The notes under the pieces: model-generated
What the model was told of the DNA's origin: nothing
The model's database searches: none
The model's input: the letters and a program-made list of their open reading frames with translations, nothing else
Made by a program: the position numbers and the translations under genes
DNA from: Candidatus Magasanikiibacteriota bacterium
Lineage (GTDB): Bacteria > Patescibacteriota > Patescibacteriia > Magasanikbacterales > GWA2-37-8
Assembly: GCA_943359595.1 (NCBI GenBank)
Contig: CALRIA010000002.1
Coordinates: forward strand, 10,417 to 74,416
Reading direction: 5' to 3'
DNA: 64,000 nucleotides
Part shown: positions 27,314 to 37,438 of the stretch, piece after piece
Numbering within the stretch: the stretch's first letter is position 1
How the letters are laid out: each line of letters opens with the position of its first letter

Positions 27314-27814
27314 TTATAATTCTTGTTCAGAAGATTTTATTTTTTGTAATTTTCTAGCTTTTTCGATAAATAATATGCCGTTGAGGTGGTCAACTTCATG
27401 TTGAACTATGCGAGCCGAAAAATCTCTAGCTTCAAATTCAATTTTCTCCCCTAACTGGTTTAGGGCCTGTACCTTAATTTTGGTATAGCGTTTTACTTCT
27501 CCATATACTAAAGGTACAGATAAACAACCTTCAGTGTCCCACGCTTTTAAAATTGAAATCTTTTTCCAAATCGGATTTATTAATATCAAATCTTCGTTTT
27601 TATTGAGTGGAGAAAATTTTTTGGCGATTACACATAGTTGTAAAGATTCTCCAACCTGAGGAGCGGCGATGCCGACGCCGTCTTTAAAATACATAGTTTC
27701 TACCATGTTTTTAATCAATTTTTTAATTTCTAGTGTAGCCAATTCAGCTACGGTGAGATCGCGGCCCTTTTTATGTAATATTGGATTTGGCTCTAAAGTG
27801 ACTTCTAAAAGCAT
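27314..27814 (-). CDS. def: Peptide deformylase
   Basis: Motifs GIAAPQVG, EGCLSVP and QHEVDHLNG. The start was chosen at the internal Met (MLLEV...) to avoid overlapping priA; the ORF-track start at 27850 is also possible. Confidence 0.8.
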   Translation of the reverse strand: MLLEVTLEPNPILHKKGRDLTVAELATLEIKKLIKNMVETMYFKDGVGIAAPQVGESLQLCVIAKKFSPLNKNEDLILINPIWKKISILKAWDTEGCLSVPLVYGEVKRYTKIKVQALNQLGEKIEFEARDFSARIVQHEVDHLNGILFIEKARKLQKIKSSEQEL

Positions 27815-27815
27815 A

Positions 27816-29669
27816 TTAAAAAGATAATAGATTATTTGGATTAGGGTCAAACTTCCAATTTTCTGGTATATTTTGAGCTAAAAATTTGGTGAGTTGTTTA
27901 TATTTTTCAAAGCTGATTTTTACCACTATTCCGTGCCAGTGTAGCCCCCGAGCGTAGCTAGGAGAAAACGGCAAAGGATTGGATATTATAATCTCATGAC
28001 GGTCTTTAGTCAATGTCTGCAAGTATTTAAAAAGATTATTGGCTGCCAACTTGGATACTTCCATGGTTTTTTCGCCGTTATATAGTCGGATTAGGTAGTT
28101 AAAAGGCGGATAATTAAATAATTTGCGTTCTTGTAGTTCTTTATCATAGAACCGCTGTGGATATGCTAGATTAGAAAAAATATGATGTTCTACATGCCCA
28201 GTCTGTATCAACAAACGGGCGGTTGGTAATAGGTGATATTGGGCATTGCGCAATTGCCCCCATAAATTTTCAGCCATTTTGTATTCAGGTATAAATAAAG
28301 AGCTATCAGCATCAATAAAAGCCATTAATTTAATTTTGCTCCAATCTATTTTATTCCAGGCAATTTGAGTACCGATGATAATTTTATCACCAATAAATTC
28401 TTTGTCATAAATGTCGGAAGTATCGCTATCAATTCGAATAATTTTTTTATTAAGATTATTATTTTTGGTCAACTCTTTTTCTAGCGATTGTGTTCCTACG
28501 CCATACATTACCATATTAGATCCCTGACATTTTGGGCAGGTTAAAAACATTTTATTTTTCAAATTACAGAAATGGCAATCTAGGGTAGCAGTATTTTCAT
28601 GATAAACTAAGCCACGAGAGCATTGAGCACATTTGGCCACATAACCACAGTCACGACAGCCAACATAGGCACTACTACCTTTGCGGTTTAAAAATAAGAA
28701 AATATCACCAGAATTATTTTGACTGATTGCATCTTCTAACTCTAAGCTCAAAAATCCATAATTGCGACCGCGGCGTTCTTCTTTCATATCTACAATTTCT
28801 GCATTGGTCTCAAATGACGGAATTTCTTGTTGGTTGGCATAAACATTGTGTTGGGCAAAATACCAACTTTCTACACTAGGGGTATGGGTAGTTAAGATAC
28901 ATTGTGCGCCATGCGCGTGAGCGAGCATCATCGCCGCTTCACGAGCTTGAATACGGGGGGCCATCTCAGAGTTTTTATGGTTTGGATTAGATTCATCATC
29001 TATGATGATTACTTGTAGATCACTCCATGGCATAAAAAGAGATCGGCGTGTGCCAATCACTACTTTTATTTCTTCAGTACGAATTTTAAACCACAAATCA
29101 AAAATTTCTTTTTCTGATAATTCAGCGCTGATAATAGTTGGTTGAAATTCAGCTAATAAATTTAGGTCTGTGGTTGCGTTGACTTCTGGCACCAAAATTA
29201 AAGTTTGTCCTGTACTAGATATTAATTTTTTAAATATTTCTTGGCGTTCTTTTTGATCGTGATACAATTTTATTTCTGGTTTTTTTCTAAAAGCTGGTTT
29301 TAATCGGTCGGCGTTAGAAATTTTAATTTTTTTAATTTTTGTTTTTTTTAGTGGTGGTAAGCAAGTTTGTAATATAAAACCAAGTGGTGTGTTATAAAAT
29401 TCACTTATTTCGATAGCAAAACTAAGTTGCTTTAAAGTAAGTGCTGAATTTTTCCAGACGATATTTTCGATTAATTTTAATTTTCCTCGAGCCTCTTCGC
29501 TTTCGTTTTCTGTAAATTCTGTTATCAGACCATACACTAGGCGATTGCGAAAAGGAACATTCACTAGCTGTCCAATGGTAACTTCTTTTTTTAATTGTGG
29601 TGGCACCAAATAATCCAATTCGGAAATTTTTTTAGGCATGCGGCGAATCAGTGCAACTTTAGCAATCAT
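27816..29669 (-). CDS. priA: Primosomal protein N' (PriA helicase), compact form
   Basis: DEAD/DEAH-like helicase motifs plus the PriA Cys-rich zinc-binding insert (CRDCGYVAKCAQCSRGLVYH...CHFCN...CPKCQG). Confidence 0.75.
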   Translation of the reverse strand: MIAKVALIRRMPKKISELDYLVPPQLKKEVTIGQLVNVPFRNRLVYGLITEFTENESEEARGKLKLIENIVWKNSALTLKQLSFAIEISEFYNTPLGFILQTCLPPLKKTKIKKIKISNADRLKPAFRKKPEIKLYHDQKERQEIFKKLISSTGQTLILVPEVNATTDLNLLAEFQPTIISAELSEKEIFDLWFKIRTEEIKVVIGTRRSLFMPWSDLQVIIIDDESNPNHKNSEMAPRIQAREAAMMLAHAHGAQCILTTHTPSVESWYFAQHNVYANQQEIPSFETNAEIVDMKEERRGRNYGFLSLELEDAISQNNSGDIFLFLNRKGSSAYVGCRDCGYVAKCAQCSRGLVYHENTATLDCHFCNLKNKMFLTCPKCQGSNMVMYGVGTQSLEKELTKNNNLNKKIIRIDSDTSDIYDKEFIGDKIIIGTQIAWNKIDWSKIKLMAFIDADSSLFIPEYKMAENLWGQLRNAQYHLLPTARLLIQTGHVEHHIFSNLAYPQRFYDKELQERKLFNYPPFNYLIRLYNGEKTMEVSKLAANNLFKYLQTLTKDRHEIIISNPLPFSPSYARGLHWHGIVVKISFEKYKQLTKFLAQNIPENWKFDPNPNNLLSF

Positions 29670-29675
29670 AACTTG

Positions 29676-30467
29676 TTAAATAATAAAATTGGCCGTTAAA
29701 TACCCGACCCCAAATGGCGCTTCATAAGAATGTTGACGATAAGTATAATCTACATTTTTTAATATGCCCATTAAAATTAAAAATGTCCTAAAACCACACT
29801 CTGAAGCATTATTTACAAAATCAGTGTCCAATTGTAACATGCCAGAAACATTTTTATGTGCCAATAATTCTTGAATCTTTTCGTCAAATTTAATACCGGC
29901 CGGATTAAAACCAGCGGGGGAGTTGGTAGTTAATGCGTGGGATAAGTCTCCTGAAGCGATAACCGCGACACGTTTGTTGCTATCAAGAAGTTTTTCTTTG
30001 ATCAAATACCCAAAATCTACATGAGTTTTCCAATCTAAATCACAAAAACTAATCGGAAGTATCTTTATATCTGGTAAATGTTGAGTAAGATAAAATAGTG
30101 GTACGGCGCTACCATGATCCAAAGTTGATTCTGTGATCATAGTGGTAGGAATTTTTTCTTTTTTGGTCTTCTCTCTTATTGCTGAAGATAAGTTCATTTC
30201 ACCTTTAAAATTTAATTTGGTAACAAGATCGCCAAATTCTTTTAGATCTGTATGATATTCAGGAGAAACATTGATAGTAAAAGCGTCAGGGAAATAACAG
30301 CCATGCGCGGAAAGAATAATTACTACATCTGGTTTAGCCAGATATAATTCTTCTTCCATTCTTTCCATAGCAATTTTGGTCTTATCCATTTTTTTTAAAG
30401 TATCTTTTCCGATGCTTGGGATAAGTAGTGGTGGATGTGGAGTGATAGCCGCGTAGACTAGCGACAT
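29676..30467 (-). CDS. LigB-superfamily protein (MEMO1 / AmmeMemoRadiSam-system protein B-like)
   Basis: LSAHG, DHGSAVPLFYL and ASGDLSHAL match the Memo-family HAG / DHS / SDLSH signatures. Confidence 0.5.
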   Translation of the reverse strand: MSLVYAAITPHPPLLIPSIGKDTLKKMDKTKIAMERMEEELYLAKPDVVIILSAHGCYFPDAFTINVSPEYHTDLKEFGDLVTKLNFKGEMNLSSAIREKTKKEKIPTTMITESTLDHGSAVPLFYLTQHLPDIKILPISFCDLDWKTHVDFGYLIKEKLLDSNKRVAVIASGDLSHALTTNSPAGFNPAGIKFDEKIQELLAHKNVSGMLQLDTDFVNNASECGFRTFLILMGILKNVDYTYRQHSYEAPFGVGYLTANFII

Positions 30468-30483
30468 ATGGTTTAATTAATAG

Positions 30484-32700
30484 TTAAGGTTTAATAGCAA
30501 GTATTGTTTTAGTAGAAGCGATCCATTCAGCCACTTTGTTTGGTTCAACAAAACGGTTCACATAATCTGGATTACCCATGGTGATGAGCACATATTGTTT
30601 TTTATCTTTATTGTTTTTAAACAACATGATTAAGTTCGATCCAGCTTCTTCTATGTAGCCAGTTTTGCTAGCAATAATTTGATAATTTTTACCTGTTTTT
30701 TCAATTAATTTGTTGGTATTCTTAATAGTGTGATTTTTGATTTTGTCTTTATTTAGTATTTCTTTAAAAGTGTAAGAAGTTAGACCGACAGAGGTTTTTA
30801 TTTTTTCGTCTTTAAAGGCTTTAACAAATATTTTTAAGAGATCGCGTGGGGTAGATTTATTTTTTTCATCAAGGCCGGTGACATCGGTGACACTAGTATT
30901 ATCCATGCCCCAAGTATCTAGATTTTTATTCATAAGTTTTATAAAGCTTGTTTCGTCGAGCCCAGTGGCTTGAGCCAACATGCGAGTTGTGTTGTTGGCC
31001 GATCCTACCAACATGGCATTAAAGGCATCTTTGGCTTTTATTTTTTCTCCGTCTTTGATATTTAAATTGCCACCTTCTACTGCGTATTTTCTTTTGCTGT
31101 AGGTAATGATGGATTCTGGTTTATATTTTTCATTAATTACTGAAAGGGCGGTGACTAATTTTGTTAATGAAGCCATTGAGCGCTGAATGTCTATATTTTT
31201 TCCAGAAATAATACGTCCGCTTGGATATTCGGCTAGCAAATAAGCTGGTAATTTTGAACCATATAAATCGCTAACGGCCATTTCAGAATCACCCAAAAAT
31301 TTATTTTTAGAATTGATTAAATTAGAATTTAAAAATATTTTTTCACCATCAGGAATTGTCATCAAAGTTTTAAAATTTACCGCAATTACATTCTCTTTTT
31401 TGTATCCCATCGCAACAAAAGTATCCGTGTCAGCTAAAAGACGCTTTTTTTCTTGTTCTATAACATATATTTGATCGCTATCCTCATCTTTTAATAATAA
31501 ACCATCCTTGATAATTGGCGCAGCATATACAATCGGAAATTCTGCTAGTTCTTTTTTCTTGTGTTTTTCAATAGGAATATTTTTGTAATTGGCGGCAAGT
31601 AGATTTTTTTCGGAAATTGGATAAAAGGTATTATCTTTAAGGAAATACAATTTATTATCCAGATCAGTGATTTGATAAATTACACCAGCTGGGGCAGTGG
31701 AGGAGACAGTAATCATTGGCCCACTGGAATAGCCGAGTAAATCCGTCGAAGAAACATCGATAGTTTCGTCTGGATAATAACCCAGTTGATGCACAGTAGC
31801 TTCTGATTCAAATGGTCGTAAAGTATCGTAATCCAATAAGAAATATTTATTTTCTTCAGTTTTTAAAATGGAATAATTGGCCAAGGAAATATCAAGTCCA
31901 GCTTCATAGTTGCTAAGTTCAGATTCTGGCACAGCCACCACCATTTTTGGATCAGCGCGAGAAATCAAAATGGCAAGATTTTTAAATCTACGTTTTTTCC
32001 CGTCTTGAATTAACCACACATCTGTGGAGGTGGAGGTAGAGTCAGCTATTTTTACCAAAGTACCATTTGGATAATTTTGACTAAACCATGTTTGCCAAAT
32101 ACGCCAGAAATTTTTGTTGCCATGTAGGTGAGGAGTATAAGTATATAAAAAAGCCGTTGCCCAACTTTGCGGGATTACCTCGGTGTTGTCGATAGATAAA
32201 AGAGAATCCTTCTTTTTGATTATTGAGTTGATTTCCTTGTTGTTGAAATACCAGCGCATAATGCCACCAGCATCATCTACCTGTTTGGCAAAGCCTTTGT
32301 GTTTGGCGACTTTTGGATCATTACGGTCGCAACTGTCACAAACAGCATAGCCAGTAGCCCAATCCAATTGTTTTTGAGCGGGCGCATCATCGGTAATGAG
32401 ACTTTGTTCTTTTTGAAGGGTAACTAATAAATATTTTGGGTTTACTTGGTTAAGTTGTGAAGAGTCAAAAATAATACCCGCCGCGGTGCGCATATTACCA
32501 ACCAGATCTTCCGCTTGATAAGTAGCCAAGTAACTGCCACGCGCTTCTAGAAAACCTTGGATATCAGAAATTGTCCAACCTTGATAGTCAAACATTTCGC
32601 TGTCAGAAATGATAAATTGAGGATTGAAATCGGCTTGAGCGGCAGCTAATTGCGGTAATAGCAACGTTAAAGCCAATAAAAAAACCGTTATTTTTCGCAT
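30484..32700 (-). CDS. Secreted serine-type D-Ala-D-Ala carboxypeptidase (PBP5/6, S11 family) with a large N-terminal extension of about 450 aa
   Basis: Signal peptide MRKITVFLLALTLLLPQLAAAQA. The C-terminal domain has SLTK (SxxK), SAN (SxN) and KTG motifs. The N-terminal two-thirds has no recognisable family. Confidence 0.65.
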   Translation of the reverse strand: MRKITVFLLALTLLLPQLAAAQADFNPQFIISDSEMFDYQGWTISDIQGFLEARGSYLATYQAEDLVGNMRTAAGIIFDSSQLNQVNPKYLLVTLQKEQSLITDDAPAQKQLDWATGYAVCDSCDRNDPKVAKHKGFAKQVDDAGGIMRWYFNNKEINSIIKKKDSLLSIDNTEVIPQSWATAFLYTYTPHLHGNKNFWRIWQTWFSQNYPNGTLVKIADSTSTSTDVWLIQDGKKRRFKNLAILISRADPKMVVAVPESELSNYEAGLDISLANYSILKTEENKYFLLDYDTLRPFESEATVHQLGYYPDETIDVSSTDLLGYSSGPMITVSSTAPAGVIYQITDLDNKLYFLKDNTFYPISEKNLLAANYKNIPIEKHKKKELAEFPIVYAAPIIKDGLLLKDEDSDQIYVIEQEKKRLLADTDTFVAMGYKKENVIAVNFKTLMTIPDGEKIFLNSNLINSKNKFLGDSEMAVSDLYGSKLPAYLLAEYPSGRIISGKNIDIQRSMASLTKLVTALSVINEKYKPESIITYSKRKYAVEGGNLNIKDGEKIKAKDAFNAMLVGSANNTTRMLAQATGLDETSFIKLMNKNLDTWGMDNTSVTDVTGLDEKNKSTPRDLLKIFVKAFKDEKIKTSVGLTSYTFKEILNKDKIKNHTIKNTNKLIEKTGKNYQIIASKTGYIEEAGSNLIMLFKNNKDKKQYVLITMGNPDYVNRFVEPNKVAEWIASTKTILAIKP

Positions 32701-32877
32701 AAATATTTTTTTAGTGCCTACTATATATATTATACGTAATTATATCATGCTTTTGTTTCACTGGTAAAGGTTTTCTACTTACTTTATTACTTCCATTATT
32801 TCACCAAAAATTTCAACTTCTACAATGTTTTACTATCGTGTGCTATGCTGATACTTTTTGGGCAGAGTTTCCGTACT

Positions 32878-33354
32878 TTACTGGTTTATCCTCTGTAAAA
32901 GTACTTCAAGTTTATCAAACATACCGTTCCATCCTTTTTTCATTTCCTCTAACATAGAATCATCATAGGGGTTGTCTCCGACCATTTTCATTGTAGTAAC
33001 GCCATTATTTACTGTTAAGCTGAATTCTACTAATGACTCTATTATTTCTTCTCCAGACATCTCATAGTGTGATGATGGAACGGGATTTCCTTGTGAATCA
33101 GTGAATGTATCCAGAAAGGATAGAAATTTTGGTTGTTCAATTGTTTGATAAACTCCTCGGCCCCAAAACTCTTTGCCATCTGAAGCTCTGTGACAATATC
33201 TAAATACTCCGCCTTTTTTTAAATCAACAGAGATATGTGATGACTCCATGCCTGTTGGAGACCACCATTTTTTCAGTTTATCTACATTAGTTAATGCTTC
33301 CCAAACCTTTTCTATTGGGGCCGATAATAAACGTTCTAAAGTTAATTTCTTCAT
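32878..33354 (-). CDS. SRPBCC (Aha1/START-like) domain protein
   Basis: 158 aa. LERLLSAPIEKVWEALTNVDKLKKWW is typical of the AHSA1/polyketide_cyc2 family. Confidence 0.6.
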   Translation of the reverse strand: MKKLTLERLLSAPIEKVWEALTNVDKLKKWWSPTGMESSHISVDLKKGGVFRYCHRASDGKEFWGRGVYQTIEQPKFLSFLDTFTDSQGNPVPSSHYEMSGEEIIESLVEFSLTVNNGVTTMKMVGDNPYDDSMLEEMKKGWNGMFDKLEVLLQRINQ

Positions 33355-33393
33355 ATTGCCTTGGTTAAGTGTTAGTAATTTTTTATTTCCGCA

Positions 33394-36027
33394 TTATTTA
33401 AACACAATTTTTCCTTTTTCCATCTGCAAATTCACTGTCTGTCCGTCTTTTATTTTCCCATCAATTATTTGTAGTGAGAGTTCATCCAATATTTCATTTT
33501 GAATTACTCGCTTAATAGGACGAGCCCCATAAGTCGGTTCATAACCGACAGTAGCAATATGTTTTTTAACTGCTGGATCAATTTCAAGGATGATTTTCTT
33601 TTCTTGAAGACGGATTTGAATCTTAGCTAGCTGTAATTCTACAATTTGAGCGACCTGTTTTTCATTTAAAGAATGAAAAATAATTATTTCATCCAAACGA
33701 TTCAAAAATTCCGGTTTGAAATGTTCATGTAACGTGTTCATGATTTTTTCTCGCATGTTTTTTTCTTTGGTTTTAACGGTTTTGGCTGTACCGATATCAA
33801 AACCAAATTCACCATGTTTGTTGAGATTCAAAATCATCTGACTGCCGATATTGCTAGTTAAAATAATAACTGTATTTTTAAAGTTAACTAGGCGGCCTTT
33901 GGCATCTTTAATATGGCCTTCGTCTAGAATTTGTAATAAGATGTTAAAAACATCTGGATGAGCTTTTTCAATTTCATCAAATAATAATACCGCATACGGA
34001 CGACGACGAACAATTTCGGTGAGTTGGCCACCTTCTTCATAGCCCACATAGCCAGGAGGGGAGCCGATCATTTTTGAAGTACTGTGTTTTTCCATGTATT
34101 CGCTCATATCAATGCGCACTAGGGCATCATCAGTATCAAACATAAATTCAGCTAGAGCTTTGGCGAGTTCAGTCTTGCCGACCCCAGTTGGTCCAAGGAA
34201 AATAAAGGATCCAATCGGACGGTTTGGTTCGGCAATTCCAGCACGCGAACGACGAATAGCGTTTGATACCGCTTTAACTGCCTCTTCTTGGCCAATAACG
34301 CGTTTGCTAAGGACGTCCTCCATTTTGGATAATCTTTCACTTTCACCTTGCAACATTTTGGAAGCTGGAATACCCGTCCAGCGGGCGACAATCGCGGCGA
34401 TGTCTTGATCCGTCACTTCTTCCTTCAAAATGCCGTGAGTTTTTTGGATATCAGCTAGTTTGCGTTCTTCATTTTTAATATCACCCTCGAGGTTAGGAAT
34501 ACGACCATAGCGAATCTCGGCGACTTTTTGCAAATCACCACGACGTTCTTCGATTTCGGCTTGTTGTTTCAGTTTATCAATTTCTTTTTTAGTGCCGTGT
34601 ATTTTGGTAATAATTTCTTTTTCGTTATTCCACTTGGCTTCCAATTCACCACTTTTTTCTTTTAATTCTGCTAAATCTTTTTCCAATTTAGTGAGGCGTT
34701 CTTTGGATTCCAAATCAGTTTCTTTTTTTAAAGCTCTTTTTTCAATTTCAAATTTGATCATCTGACGTTTCATTTTGTCCAATTCATCTGGCATGGAATT
34801 TATTTCCAAACGCAAAGCGCTAGCGGCTTCATCCATCAAGTCGATAGCTTTATCTGGCAAAAATCTATCGGTAATATAACGATCAGATAATTTAGCGGCC
34901 GCAATAATGGCGGCATCGGTAATGCGCACACCGTGATGGACTTCATATTTTTCTTTGATTCCACGCAAAATTGCAATGGCGTCATCAAGTGACGGTTCTT
35001 TCACTAATACTGGTTGGAAACGACGTTCTAACGCCGCATCTTTTTCTATATATTTTTGAAATTCTTTTAAAGTGGTGGCACCAATGGCATGTAATTCACC
35101 GCGAGCCAACATTGGTTTTAACATGTTGGAGGCGTCCATTGAACCCTCGGAAGCGCCCGCACCGACAATCGTATGTAGTTCATCAATAAATAAAATAAAT
35201 TTACCAGCGGAGGCGTCGATTTCTTTTAAGACGGCCTTAAGACGTTCTTCAAACTCACCACGGAATTTTGTTCCCGCTAAAAGAGACCCAATATCTAGAG
35301 CAATTATTTCTTTATTTTTGAGTGATTCGGGAATATCACCATTCACAATACGTTGAGCTAATCCCTCTACTACTGCAGTCTTGCCAGTGCCAGGTTCACC
35401 GATTAACACTGGGTTGTTTTTAGTACGACGAGTTAAAATTTGCATTACGCGACGAATTTCGTCATCGCGACCTATAACCGGATCGATTTTTTCTTTACGG
35501 GCAAGATCAGTTAAATTTTTGCCATATTTTTCCAAAGCATTGTATCGAACTTCTGGTTCTGGAGAATCCACTTTTTGAGTGCCACGAATCGCCGCTAAAG
35601 CTTTGAGAGCAGACTCATAAGAAACACCTTCTTTTTGCAGGATGTCACTGATAGGATTATGGGAAGCCATTAGAGCTAAAAACAAATGTTCGACGCTAAT
35701 GTACTCGTCTCCCATTTTTTGAGCTTCGTTTCCGGCGGTCTGAAAAACATGCATCATCGCTTGACCGAGCATAATCTGTCCGGTAAAGCTTGGGGCGGCA
35801 TTGGCCTGCTTAGGAAGTTGGTCGATTGATAGCTGAGCTTGGGCGCGTAGATTGATCAACCTTGCGCCAATTTTAAGCAAAACCGAGGCGGCGATACCTT
35901 CCTCATCTTCCAGCATAGCAAAAAATAGGTGAGATGGTTCTACCTGTGGTTGGCCATTTTGAGAGGCAATTTGAGCGGATTTTTGAATTAATTCTTGTGA
36001 TTTATTAGTAAAATTTTGAGGTATCAT
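33394..36027 (-). CDS. clpB: ATP-dependent chaperone ClpB
   Basis: Two AAA+ modules ([19 protein letters not shown]; [19 protein letters not shown]) with a long coiled-coil middle domain. The N-terminus aligns to E. coli ClpB from the ATG at 36027; the ORF-track GTG at 36048 lies inside the CIRCE element. Confidence 0.9.
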   Translation of the reverse strand: MIPQNFTNKSQELIQKSAQIASQNGQPQVEPSHLFFAMLEDEEGIAASVLLKIGARLINLRAQAQLSIDQLPKQANAAPSFTGQIMLGQAMMHVFQTAGNEAQKMGDEYISVEHLFLALMASHNPISDILQKEGVSYESALKALAAIRGTQKVDSPEPEVRYNALEKYGKNLTDLARKEKIDPVIGRDDEIRRVMQILTRRTKNNPVLIGEPGTGKTAVVEGLAQRIVNGDIPESLKNKEIIALDIGSLLAGTKFRGEFEERLKAVLKEIDASAGKFILFIDELHTIVGAGASEGSMDASNMLKPMLARGELHAIGATTLKEFQKYIEKDAALERRFQPVLVKEPSLDDAIAILRGIKEKYEVHHGVRITDAAIIAAAKLSDRYITDRFLPDKAIDLMDEAASALRLEINSMPDELDKMKRQMIKFEIEKRALKKETDLESKERLTKLEKDLAELKEKSGELEAKWNNEKEIITKIHGTKKEIDKLKQQAEIEERRGDLQKVAEIRYGRIPNLEGDIKNEERKLADIQKTHGILKEEVTDQDIAAIVARWTGIPASKMLQGESERLSKMEDVLSKRVIGQEEAVKAVSNAIRRSRAGIAEPNRPIGSFIFLGPTGVGKTELAKALAEFMFDTDDALVRIDMSEYMEKHSTSKMIGSPPGYVGYEEGGQLTEIVRRRPYAVLLFDEIEKAHPDVFNILLQILDEGHIKDAKGRLVNFKNTVIILTSNIGSQMILNLNKHGEFGFDIGTAKTVKTKEKNMREKIMNTLHEHFKPEFLNRLDEIIIFHSLNEKQVAQIVELQLAKIQIRLQEKKIILEIDPAVKKHIATVGYEPTYGARPIKRVIQNEILDELSLQIIDGKIKDGQTVNLQMEKGKIVFK

Positions 36028-36041
36028 AGGATAAAGTATAG

Positions 36042-36068
36042 TTAGCACTCTAATATAGAGAGTGCTAA
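36042..36068. promoter_or_regulatory. CIRCE element (HrcA operator) TTAGCACTC-N9-GAGTGCTAA upstream of clpB
   Basis: Exact match to the CIRCE consensus with a 9-nt spacer (taatataga). It is preceded on the minus strand by TTGACA-N16-TATTAT (plus strand 36097-36092 and 36075-36070). Confidence 0.8.
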
Positions 36069-36212
36069 TATAATAACATATTATATAGAACTGTCAAGCG
36101 TTATTTTTGATCACTTAATGGTTAATATTTTATCACAATTTTTGATTTTACTCTAGTTATTATTTTTTAAAAATGATATTATTATGGTGTAAGCTATAAA
36201 ATTTTAATTATT

Positions 36213-37427
36213 ATGTCGAAAAATAAATTTTTCTGGATATTAATTATTTTAGTTATAATCGGGGTAATATGGCTTAGTCATTTTTATATTTTAAATTTAC
36301 GCGGTGTCTGGACGGCTTTAAAAAAGCCTACTGCCAATATTACAAATTTGGTAGCAGAAGATAAAACTCCGTTGCAATTACCACCTGGATTTAGTTTGTC
36401 TATCTATGCTAGTGGTCTAAAAGGTCCACGTGTTATAGTGCGTGATTCTAGACGCAATTTATTGGTGAGTTTGCCAGCAGACGGTAAGGTAGTGGCCCTG
36501 GTAGATGCCGATTTGGATGGTAAAGCCGAAGAAATCAAAACAGTAATTGCTGGTCTAAAAAATCCTCATGGTTTAGCGTTTGCTTGTCTGGATAGCTCCG
36601 TGGATAAATTTCCTTGCAAACTATATATTGCCGAGGAAAACCAAGTGAAAGTATATGATTACGATGGTGGAAAACTACAAGCCATAAATGTACATAAAAT
36701 AATTGAGTTACCAACAGGTGGTTTTCATACTACCCGTAGTTTGTTGTTGGTGGGAGATTCACTATATATATCGGTAGGTTCTTCTTGTAACGTCTGTCAT
36801 GAAAAAGATAATGAACGGGCGAGTGTTCTGGTAGTTGATTTAAAAACAAATAAAGTTCGTCCATTTGTTAAAGGGTTACGTAACTCGGTATTTTTGTCTA
36901 CTAATCCAAGCGATGGAAAAATTTGGGCAACCGAAATGGGCCGAGATTTATTGGGTGATGATTTGCCACCGGACGAAATCAATATTTTAGAGGAAGGAAA
37001 AAATTATGGTTGGCCGATTTGTTATGGACAAAATATTCATGATACAGATTTTGATAAAAATATTTATTTTCGTAACCCTTGTCAAACGCCATTTGAAACA
37101 TCCGCTCATATAGATATTCCGGCTCATTCCGCACCTCTTGGCTTGGCTTTTATTCCAAGAGAAGGTTGGCCACAAAATTTTCAAGGAGACCTGTTTGTGG
37201 CTTATCATGGTTCGTGGAATCGCAGTGTGCCAACTGGTTATAAAATTGTGAAATACCATCTGAATAAAGATGGAAAAGTATCAGGGGTGGAAGATTTTTT
37301 GACTGGTTTCTTGGATAATCATGGCAATCTATATGGCCGGCCGGTAGATATATTGGTAGAACCAAGCGGTGTGATGTTTGTTTCTGACGATAAAGCTGGC
37401 GTAATATATAAAATTATGGGTAATTAA
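36213..37427 (+). CDS. Membrane-anchored soluble-quinoprotein glucose/sorbosone dehydrogenase family protein (beta-propeller)
   Basis: N-terminal TM helix, and GSDH-family motifs (NPHGLAF, YGWPICYG, HSAPLGLAF). Confidence 0.6.
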   Translation: MSKNKFFWILIILVIIGVIWLSHFYILNLRGVWTALKKPTANITNLVAEDKTPLQLPPGFSLSIYASGLKGPRVIVRDSRRNLLVSLPADGKVVALVDADLDGKAEEIKTVIAGLKNPHGLAFACLDSSVDKFPCKLYIAEENQVKVYDYDGGKLQAINVHKIIELPTGGFHTTRSLLLVGDSLYISVGSSCNVCHEKDNERASVLVVDLKTNKVRPFVKGLRNSVFLSTNPSDGKIWATEMGRDLLGDDLPPDEINILEEGKNYGWPICYGQNIHDTDFDKNIYFRNPCQTPFETSAHIDIPAHSAPLGLAFIPREGWPQNFQGDLFVAYHGSWNRSVPTGYKIVKYHLNKDGKVSGVEDFLTGFLDNHGNLYGRPVDILVEPSGVMFVSDDKAGVIYKIMGN

Positions 37428-37438
37428 TTTTTTTATTT

